Source: Nannocystales bacterium (lineage in GTDB: Bacteria > Myxococcota_A > Polyangia > Nannocystales > Nannocystaceae). From it: a stretch of DNA of 48,658 nt. The stretch lies in contig JBOEGF010000067.1 of NCBI GenBank assembly GCA_050633305.1, forward strand, positions 1-48,658, written 5' to 3'. How positions within the stretch are numbered: the first letter of the stretch is position 1; each line of letters begins with the position of its first letter. The notes beneath the pieces are model-generated. The model saw only the letters and a program-made list of their open reading frames with translations, ran no database searches and had not been told where the DNA came from. Of this stretch, positions 19,671 to 29,300 are shown piece after piece. The translations under genes were made by a program, and so were the position numbers.

Positions 19671-21296
19671 CTACCGGATCGTACGAATCTCGTCTGCGCC
19701 CGCACGGAAACTCGACCCGGGTGCAGACACGTTGACCGCGGTCATCGTCCGCGCAGCCTCTGTGAGCGGGACCTCGATGTACCTCGCGTTGTGTCCGTGG
19801 GGCACGGGCAGGACTCGGGCGACCGTTTCAACACTCCCCTCGGGCGTCTCGAATCGTGCGGTGCCCGAGGCCGTCGAAGGGTCGACCCGGCCGGGTTGTG
19901 TCCACCACTCCGTGCTCCCGTCCTCGTGCACCATGCCCGCAAGCACGGCGCCCGGATCTTGGGAACGGTCGGCAAGGTCAAAGCCGGTGAGGGTTTCGAT
20001 GACCTCGAGCGTTTGTTCCCAGCCGTAGTCGCTGACCCACTCGTTGGAGCAGTAGGTCATGTAGTCGCGGCCGCCCGAGGGACTGCGAAGCTCGAAGTCG
20101 TAGATGCCGAAGCCCCACACCCCGATGCGTCCGCCCGCGTGCGGGTAGGCTGCGTCGATGCCCGCTTCGCCGCCGCTGCATCGCACGTGCCGTCGGCCCT
20201 GGGTGTGCCCGACTTCGTGCACGAACGTTTCCGCGGCCGCGGCTCCGCTGCCGTTCCAGCGACCGGTGGAGATACGCTGTTGGCCGTTGTCCATCGTGGG
20301 CGGGCCCGCGATGGCGATCGCTTGTCCGAGTAGTCCCGGCGGATAGCCATCGCAGGGGTCGACGAGGCCGTAGTAGTAGACGCTGGGGTCGGGGTTGTCG
20401 GCTGCGCGTGCCCGAGCCAGTGCAGCCAACAGCGGACTGAAGCCGCCGCTGTCGCCGATGGTCTCGGTGTAGACCATCGGCTCGCGAATCTCGAACGTGG
20501 CCGCCTGCACGGGGTTGTTCTGCTCGAGTTCCATGCGCATCGCGTCGACGTCGGTCTCGGTGATGTCGGGCGTTCGGGAACAGCCTTCGAACTCGTGCTG
20601 AACCGGGACCAGCACGACGCGCAGCTGAAGCGGAATGTCGTACAGCCCGAGCGCGCCCGGTCCCGCCAACGGGACGACCGGAGGTGGATCGCTGAGCTCG
20701 CCTGGAGCTTTGCTCCCAGGCATTTCGAACAGACGCGCGCGGTACATCATCCCCGGCACGACCTCCTCGGGTTCGAGCAACCACTGAAACGACGCTGCGC
20801 CTGCGCCATCGCTGCTCTCCCCATCGACGAACTGCACGAAGTCTTGCTCGACGCTCGTTCCGTCCGGGTAGCTGATCGTGAGCCGACCCATGATGTCGCG
20901 AGGCTCGAAGTTGGCGTGCAGGCTCCAGAAACCGCGCACCAGCGTTCGGCGCCCCGAGATCACCCGAGTGTTGTAGTCCTCGGGTGCGACTTCCAACCCA
21001 CCCGCGACGACCTCGACTTGCGTGGCTTGGTTGACCGTGAGCCGGTCCAGACGGATGTCGCGAGCGAAATCAGGCACCGCTTCCGGTTCGTCACCTGTGG
21101 AGGTCGAGTCGTCTGCAGCCGATGTCCCCGTTTGTGAGTCGTCTGTCGTCCCGCTGTCCGATGTGCCGGCGGAGGTTCCCGATGTGTCGGTCCCTGAGCT
21201 TCCACCCTCGGTTTCTCCTCCCGAGCCCGCGTTACCCACATCGTCGCCACAGGCGAGCAGCAGGATTGCCGAGAGACTGATCACGGTCCGACGCAT
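19671..21296 (-). CDS. Secreted metzincin metalloprotease lipoprotein (M66-like)
   Basis: Start MRRTVISLSAILLLAC (lipobox); HEVGHTQGRRH zinc motif and DYMTY Met-turn. Confidence 0.8.
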   Translation of the reverse strand: MRRTVISLSAILLLACGDDVGNAGSGGETEGGSSGTDTSGTSAGTSDSGTTDDSQTGTSAADDSTSTGDEPEAVPDFARDIRLDRLTVNQATQVEVVAGGLEVAPEDYNTRVISGRRTLVRGFWSLHANFEPRDIMGRLTISYPDGTSVEQDFVQFVDGESSDGAGAASFQWLLEPEEVVPGMMYRARLFEMPGSKAPGELSDPPPVVPLAGPGALGLYDIPLQLRVVLVPVQHEFEGCSRTPDITETDVDAMRMELEQNNPVQAATFEIREPMVYTETIGDSGGFSPLLAALARARAADNPDPSVYYYGLVDPCDGYPPGLLGQAIAIAGPPTMDNGQQRISTGRWNGSGAAAAETFVHEVGHTQGRRHVRCSGGEAGIDAAYPHAGGRIGVWGFGIYDFELRSPSGGRDYMTYCSNEWVSDYGWEQTLEVIETLTGFDLADRSQDPGAVLAGMVHEDGSTEWWTQPGRVDPSTASGTARFETPEGSVETVARVLPVPHGHNARYIEVPLTEAARTMTAVNVSAPGSSFRAGADEIRTIR

Positions 21297-21435
21297 GAGG
21301 AGCACGGTACACCGGGCAGGAGCGCCAAAGTGAGGCGGTTGCGGCGCTTGGTATGCCGGAGTCCCACCCTGACGAGAGCGCAACCGTTGGGTATCGTGCG
21401 GCTGGCCCCAGGGGGCTGTCGGGAGCGAAGAAAGC

Positions 21436-22944
21436 ATGGGTATCAAAAAGCTGTTGTGGATTGGGTTGGCGACCGCAGCCGTTGGGCTTGCGGGATGTGA
21501 CGACGCTGCGTCTGGGGGGAGTGCTTCGGAGGGTGCAAGCTCGGGGATCGATCCCACCGCTGGCATGCCGACCGGGACCACGACCGGAAGCGGAGCCACA
21601 TCCACCACGGGAACATCGACCTCCGACTCTGATCCGGGCGTACCGACCAGCACCACGGAATCTGCGGGTGACGAAACCGTCGGCCCGCCTGTCGTCTTCG
21701 ACGTGAACGACCCAACCGGTGGAGCCAGCGGCTGCCAGGGCGCGCCCAACGACCTGACCCTCACCGGAACCGTGTGGGCGCCCAACGGCGTCATCCCGGT
21801 CAGTGGCGCGCTTGTCTACACCAGCGCGGGCGCACCCGATGGGATCCCCCAGGAGGTCTACTGCGCCGAGTGCCAAGAGTTGGACTGCGACGATCGGTTC
21901 ACCACCACCGCTGCCGATGGGTCGTTCGAGCTCGGGACCTTCGCCCAGGGCGCGAACTACCTGGTCGTGCAGAAGGGGCAGTTCCTCCGATACACCCCGA
22001 TCAACTACGGCACCGGGGCCGAGGCCGTCGAGGACGAGCTCACCACGCTGCCCGGCGAGAACGATCCCGACAACGGGCTGTTCATCCCGCTGATCGCGGT
22101 GGGAGATGGCTCCTACGACCGACTCGAGGATGGCCTCGGCAAGTTCGGACTTGGCGACACGCTGATCTCGAACTTCGAGGAGCAGCTCGTTCCCGGCACC
22201 GAGCCCTTCGACCTGTACGACAACGGCCGCAACCCGACGACCGACGGGTTCACCAGCCAGGGCACCTTCGCGCAGCTGGTCGCGAGCCCCGAGATGCTCG
22301 CGCAGTACCACATGATCTTCGCGCCCTGCAGCGAAGACGACTACGTCTCGGCGCTGACTCCGGCGAACATCCAGAACATTCGCGACTGGGTTGCGGCAGG
22401 CGGCCGTTGGTACGTTTCGGATTGGTCACAAGAGTGGCTGCGCCTCGCGTTCCCGGAGTACCAGGAGCTCAGCTGTCCCGATGACTTACTCGGTGGCGAA
22501 TGTGACAACCCAGCGTATGACTCCCTGGCGAGCGTGTTGGACGATGGCCTGCTCGAGTGGCTTGAGGCCCTGCCGGAGCCCCTCAAGGACATCAACCCGC
22601 TCAACGACGAGTCTCATCCAACGCTCTTCGAGTTGCCACAGGTTCAGACGGTCGACAACTGGTCGGACATTGAAAGCATAAATCCCGTGCTGGTCGATGA
22701 CGGCAAGGGCGGCCTGGTCGACGTGGGGTACAAGGTCTGGCTCGAGGGCGCTGGCGGAGACGTGGGCAGTACCCACCCGCTGACCGTTACCGGTCAGTTC
22801 GGCTGCGGTAAGATCCAGTTCACGAGCTACCACATGGCCGAGTTCTTCGACTACGTGGGCCTGAGCCCGCAGGAGCTGGTGCTGCTGTACACGATTCTGG
22901 AGATCGGCGTCTGTCAGGAAGCACTTCCGCCTCCGCAGGGATAG
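21436..22944 (+). CDS. Myxobacterial lipoprotein with carboxypeptidase-regulatory-like domain
   Basis: Lipobox LAGC; T/S/G linker; LTGTVWAPNG..PVSGALVY; acidic, Cys-containing C-terminal domain. Confidence 0.7.
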   Translation: MGIKKLLWIGLATAAVGLAGCDDAASGGSASEGASSGIDPTAGMPTGTTTGSGATSTTGTSTSDSDPGVPTSTTESAGDETVGPPVVFDVNDPTGGASGCQGAPNDLTLTGTVWAPNGVIPVSGALVYTSAGAPDGIPQEVYCAECQELDCDDRFTTTAADGSFELGTFAQGANYLVVQKGQFLRYTPINYGTGAEAVEDELTTLPGENDPDNGLFIPLIAVGDGSYDRLEDGLGKFGLGDTLISNFEEQLVPGTEPFDLYDNGRNPTTDGFTSQGTFAQLVASPEMLAQYHMIFAPCSEDDYVSALTPANIQNIRDWVAAGGRWYVSDWSQEWLRLAFPEYQELSCPDDLLGGECDNPAYDSLASVLDDGLLEWLEALPEPLKDINPLNDESHPTLFELPQVQTVDNWSDIESINPVLVDDGKGGLVDVGYKVWLEGAGGDVGSTHPLTVTGQFGCGKIQFTSYHMAEFFDYVGLSPQELVLLYTILEIGVCQEALPPPQG

Positions 22945-22962
22945 TAGGTCGAGTCCCAACTC

Positions 22963-23002
22963 GAAGAGAGCCTCGTCGAAACCGGCGGGGCTTTTTCGTT
23001 TT
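22963..23002 (+). terminator. Intrinsic terminator
   Basis: Hairpin GAGAGCCTCGTCG-AAAC-CGGCGGGGCTTTT followed by a T-rich tract, just after the stop at 22944. Confidence 0.8.
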
Positions 23003-23322
23003 CGGCTCGCCACGTCAGCCCCGTGCGTTCGCGGCTCTTGTCGTTGTCAAGTTTCCAATCCGCCGAGGGACAGGTGTCACTATGAGCAGAGAGCCAGACC
23101 GTTGTCTCGCACACTCCTAAAGACCTGTTGTCCTCTTGGGACGTATGCAAGCACTTCTGTGTTGACACTGCCGGAGGACACCCGTATCCGTACGTTGTCC
23201 AGGCTGGACCATGTCCGTGCGGAGTGCACGGCCGCGTGAGCCTCCCTGCCGCTGGCGATGCTTTCCATCTCCCCAGGCGGTTTTCGGTGTGCGCACAACT
23301 CAGCCGGGCTCAGGAGGATCCC

Positions 23323-26300
23323 ATGACCACCAGAAAACTCGGAAGATCTGCCGTTGCGGCGCTTTGCTCGCTTACTCTCGTCTCTGCATCGTGCGGCGGC
23401 TCGGGCGGGGGTGGTGCGCAAGACCTTGAGATCGAGGGCGGCACAGAGCTACGAACCGTAGTGGGAGACTGGCTGCCTGAGCTCGTTCAGCTTCGGTACG
23501 ATGTCCCAGATTTCGATGACTCTGCCGCAGTCGGCGCGCTCCCGGCACGATCGTGGGTGGACGATGGCGGGGGGGCTCACTACGCGATTCCGCTTGACGT
23601 GGCTCCCGGGCCTGCCGGCTACGCACCGTCGCTGAGCCTCAGTTACTCCAGCCAGGGAGGAAACGGAACGTTCGGAGTCGGGTTCTCCGTGGCAGGCACG
23701 GCGATGGTGACTCGGTGCCAGCGCAATCTCGCCAAGGACGCCTACTACGAAGCATTGACCTTGGGAGTGGAGGACCCGATCTGCTACGGAGGCGAGCGCC
23801 TTGTGCTCTGGCAAGGGACCTACGGAGCCCCCGGGTCGACCTATCGGCTGGAGTCCGACCCCTCCAAGAGGTTCAGCTACAAAGGGCATCTCGACGAGCC
23901 GCAAGAAGGCGTGCAGTGGTGGATGACGACCGCCGGAGGCGAGGTCTACACATTCCGAGGGATGGGCGGGGCGCTCGACCGTTGGCCGCTCGTCGAACGG
24001 AGTGACGAGGCAGGAAACCGGATCTCCTACGCTTGGTCAGTACTCCCGGACAACGAGGTGGTCCTCTCCGAGATCAGGTACGGCGGTACGGGCACGCCGG
24101 ACTCCACGCGAAAGGTCATCTTCAACTATCAGGACGAGGACCGGTCCGATGCTCGCGAGGGCTATGTCCGCGGTGACCTCTATCGACGGACTCAGCTGGC
24201 GAATGAAGTTCGGGTCGAGGCCCCTCACGGTGAGCTGCTCACCCGGTACGAGCTGGAGTACGAGCTTCACCCGCACTCACTTCAGAGCATCCTAAAAAGC
24301 GTGACGAAGTTCGACGCGCAGGGGGTGGCGCTGCCCGCCACTGAGTTCGACTGGACTGTTGCCGACGCTCCGCCGCTCGCGGAGGGGGCGATTGGCGCGG
24401 TGGACTCGGACGTGGTGCACCCCAGTTTCACGCCATCGAAACTGCGGCGGAGCCAAAGGCTTCTCGTGGGCGATTTCGAGGGCGATCAAAACGACGAGGT
24501 GTTGGCCTACCATCCCGACGACGAAGACGAGCACGACGCCAGCTTTAAGCTTCACGGCGTCGTGTCCGGGCACGCGGTCGATGTGTTCTTCCCGACCTCC
24601 ACGATGCCCGAGGCCTGGGAGCCGCCGACGCCGCCGTATCCCTACCTCTGCGGAAATGGCGTTCTCGACCCTGGCGAATCGTGCGACGGGCAGACGCTCA
24701 GTCCGTCGTGCTTGGACCTAAACTCCTCAGGTACGGCGATGTGCAGCGATTCTTGTCAGTTTGACTACAGCCTGTGCGCAAGCTGTGAGTCGTCGTCTGC
24801 CGCCCACTGTGAGCCTCCGGCGCCCCCGGTATTCGAGCCGATCACCCTCACCAATCTGCATCGGGTCCGACCTCCCCTCGGGCTCATGAACATCAACTAC
24901 GCCCACAATGATCGCCGCAGCAACCTGCTCATGCCGCACGCCAACGGCGAGGGCGTAGACGAGTGGGGGATCCCTTGGGCAGACCGGCTCGCCGTCTTCG
25001 AGATGTACAACGACCCCTCGGACGCGTGGCAGCAAGGAACTTCGGTGATCTTCTCAGCCCTCGGCGGAAACCCCACCGCCGCTCCGGTGTACTCGGTCGT
25101 CCCACTAGAGTTCAACGGGGACGGACGTGACGATCTGTTTCTCTGCCAGGGCTACGGCTACAAGACCTCTCGGTGGCATCTCGCGCTGAGCAAGGACGTT
25201 GTCGAGTCAGGCGAACTCGGATGGGACTTCTATGATACTGGCGTCGGCTGCTCTACCCACGATGAGACAACGATCCTCCCCCATCCGCGTGGAACCGAGG
25301 TGCTTGCAGTCATTCAGAGGTTCCCGACAAGTTTGCAGGACTATCCTGTCGGCTTCGACGACCCGGAAGACTATTGGGCTAGCGTCTTGCCGATCGCCGA
25401 AGAGGATCGCGGGGGATACCGGGTTCTGGACTTCGACCCCGCGACAGGCGTGGGAGCTCTCTCAGAAGAAGTCCTACCGCGAGATCTCTACCAGAGATGG
25501 TCGGACCTCAACTGCAACAACGGGTACATTGCTGCAGGTCTGGGGGAGCCTTCGTTGGGCGTGGGGGCCCCTTTGTTGGGGGCGGGACTCAGTCGAGACC
25601 TGCAGATCGACCTACACGGCGACGGACACCGGGACGTCGTTCGGTTCGAAGTTGAAGGCGGCGACGACTTCTCCAACTTCGCGGCGATTCATTTCGAGAA
25701 TTACGACACCGGGGCTGGCTTTACCTATGAACCATCGTGTGTGGACGGGTACCAGGAAGGGATCCTCCGTGTATACCGCAACACTGGCGAAGGGTATGTC
25801 GCGGCAGAGGAACCTGCCTTCGTGTTCCCAGGGCTAGCGCACGAAAACCTGTTCCTCAACTGGTACGGCGCTCAGACCGTCGACTGGAACGGAGACGGCT
25901 TGACGGACATCTTGCTCCCCTCTGACGGGGTCCCGGATGATCCCGACGCCCCGACACAGGACGAGGATTGGACGGTTTTGCTCTCCAACGGGGACGGTGA
26001 GTTCACGCCGCTGGATGTACAAAACGGCGTCGCTTGGCCGCACTACATCGAGGGAGCGGGAACGGCGGCCAACGCTGATACGTTCGAGAACACACGTGTC
26101 CTCTCGCTCCGCTCGGGCTCCCGTGTCAAGCAGCTCTTCGTGCGCTCGGGCCAGCCAACGCAGGACTGGTCCTCTGCACAACGTGGAAAGGGCGCTCTGC
26201 TAGAGCGCGCGACCGACGGTCAAGGACTGGAGCATAGCTTCTCCATGGTCCGGACGGGTAGCGGATACGTGGTTCGGAGCCGGGCCGTCAACACGCCTGG

Positions 26301-29300
26301 AACCGGCGTCCCTTATGACCTTCCTTCGAACACCCGCACGTGGAGCTACGAGTACTCGGATCCTGTCCGCGACCGCTACGGCATGCGCGATATCGGGTTT
26401 GCCTGGGTTCGAGAGACGTTCCTCGGCGAGCGCAACGGGTTCCCGTGGAGTCGTAGTACGCAGCTCCGCACCTACGACCGAACCTACGACGCTGGGTTGA
26501 GGGACTACCCTCGCTCTCGACAACCCACCCGTGTCGAAACCGCGTGGGTATCCGACGACGGCGACCCTGAGGAAGAATGGCACATTCAGTGTTCGCGGGT
26601 GGATGAGTGGAAGGTTGAGGTCCAGGCCCTTCCCGGCGGCGATATCTGGCAGGCGTATCCGGCTTACACCGAGTCCTTCTCGGCCGCTCTTCCGGCGTCG
26701 GAATACAACCGGCTGAGCCCGGGACACGAGTCGGGGCCAGGCCCGGACGGGCAATGCGACGACATCTCAGAGTGGTCCTACCTGACTCACTCGACAGCAG
26801 AAGTCGAGCGCGACGACTTTGGCAACGTCGAGTTCTCTCGAACGGCCGTGCTGCGCGGGGTGAGCGAGGAAACGGCAACCGAGACGGTCTACAGCGACTT
26901 CGACTACGACGTCGGCAACTGGATCGTCGCGGCTCCGCAGTCCGTTGTAACCACAAGCTACGTAGGCCCGACGGACCAAAAAACGCGAGAAGTCGCCATC
27001 GAGTACCAGCCAGCGTCGAACATGGTGGCTTCGGTGACGCGTGAACCTGCGACTCCAGAGGAGCAAACGACAACGTTCGGCTACGAGAGTCACGGCAACG
27101 TCAACCTCACCGTTGTCTCCACCCCCACGCAGGGCTCTCGATCCATGTCGATGGTTTGGGACGCGGAGGGCGTGGTGCCGATCAGCCAGACGAACGATCT
27201 TGGGCAGGTCACCAACCTGGTCTTCCATAGTGGAACAGGCTTGCCAGTCGCCACGGTCGACGCGAATGGACTGACCCAGAAGGCCACGTACGACGGGTTC
27301 TTCCGGCCTACCGGAAGTTCGTTCCACAGTTCTCCATTGGGCCCGAGTGATGGCGCAGACGCGTCCGTAGAGTATCAGGCGAGTCTGGTAGACGGCGCAG
27401 TCCTCGACGTTGTCGCAGGGGCCCAAGGCCAGGAAACACGGACATCGTACGACCGTGCAGGTCGTGTGGTCCGGGAACTGTGGCACGGGGTCGCGAGCGT
27501 TGCGGCCGACGTCGAGTTTCCCGTCAGCCCCGCTCTCGAGGGCCCGGAGGTCTGCCGCTGGTATGAGTACAGCTTCCACGGCCAGGTGCTCCGCACGAGT
27601 GAGGCCACGGCGTCGTGCGGGAGCCCGCCGACTTCGACGGAGGCCTGGAGCCGGAACGAGTTCGACAACGGCGGCCGTCTCCTCTCGACGCACTGGTACG
27701 ACGACGAGGCTGGCCTGGAGGTCGAATCCTCCGTCGAGCACCTCGACATCCAGTGGGTTGGGGATATCAGCGGCGAGGTCCCGACTCCTCAGGGTGCTGC
27801 TGTCGTGATGCGGGACCCCGAGAACCACCCCACAACGCGGGTGGTCGACGCGCTCGGTCGGGTCAGCGCCAGCGTCGATGCGCTGGGTGTCATGACCTGC
27901 TTCGACTACGGCCCGTTTGGGGAGGTCGACGCGGTCCATCGAAACTGCGGCGTCAACCCTCAGGGCCCCGTCGAAGTCTCGACCTATGGCTACGACAGCC
28001 TCTCGCGACTCGTCACGTCGACCGAGCCTGCCAATGGCACTCAGATCCTCTCGTACACAGAGTTCGACGAGCTCGATATCGCGCTCGACCCCAAGGGCCA
28101 GATCCTAGACCACGACTACGATTCGCTCGGACGCATGACGTTCCAGCACTCCACTGTAGATGGCACGTCGAGCTGGACGTACGACGATGGACTCGTGGGC
28201 GCGCTCGTCGAGCAGGAAAGCGCGGACGGTGTCCGCCAAACGTTCGAGTACGACGAGTTCGGTCGCCCAGAGAAAACCCGTCACTACATGCCCAGCCTCG
28301 AGTCCCCGGGCATGTGGGAGGTCGATTCGAGCACCGCTTGGCTGTTTTCGTACAACTATGATGGTCTTGGCAGGCTCTCGGACATCGTCTATCCGACCAC
28401 GAACGCGAAGGTTGGCAACGACCTGCCCGGTGAGGTCAGCCCTGTCCAGAAAACGTTCGCGGCCACATTCCAATACGACGGCTCGAACAACCTGCGCTCG
28501 ATTGCCGGTGCGGGGCGTATCCTGTGGGCACTCGACGACGCGAATGAGGCAGGCTTGCCACTGATCGAGCGGTTCAACGACGGAATCACCGGATCAGCGT
28601 CGCAGTCAAAAAGCACTCGGTATCAGCCGCTCACAAACAGGGTGCTCGAGATCGGAGTGGAGGCCGCGAACGCGCCGGTCCAAAACTTTGTCTACGAATG
28701 GACACCTTCCGGAGACCTGCACCGACGGGAAGAAGGGACCACCGGACAGTCGGAGACGTTCGGCTACGACGCCCTACACCGCCTAACCGGCCAAGACGGC
28801 GGCACCGCGGCGACCTATGATGCCCTGGGGAACATCACGAGCCGCCCTGGCGTCGGCAACTACGAGTACGACGCAGATACCGGCCATCTGAGTTGGTACG
28901 GCTGGTCGGGCAACACGGTGCCGCACGACGCCAACGGAAACGTTGAGCAGCTCGGAAACGTCGGTATCACCTGGTCCGCGCTCGACAAGGTTCGGACCTT
29001 GTCGAGCGGTGGCCAAACGTCCTCGTTCGTCTACGACGCAACGGGTGCTCGGTCCCTGCGACATGGCGAAGACGGCTACACGATGACCATCGGGGGCCTG
29101 TTCGAGCTTTCGGACCAGCCCGGCGCCAAGCTCAACTCGCGCGACACCAAGGCGCGGTACTTCGTGCCCGTGGGCGGCTCGGTCGTCGAGGTCCGCGACC
29201 AGCTTCTCTCGAGCCCGGACACGCCTGGGAAATGGAAGCGCGAGGTGTTCTACCAGTACAACGATCACCTCGGCTCGGGCTCACTGCTGGTGAACGAGGA

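Noticed and set aside
23162..23196. TTGACA -35 box upstream of the Rhs gene
   Set aside because: At 17-bp spacing the -10 is only TATCCG, too weak to call.
23128..23322. Upstream extension of the Rhs ORF (also those of ORFs starting at 777, 12639, 16249, 21794, 34230, 42218, 42694)
   Set aside because: Internal starts with an RBS, signal peptide or gene-overlap coupling fit better; the extensions lack protein character.
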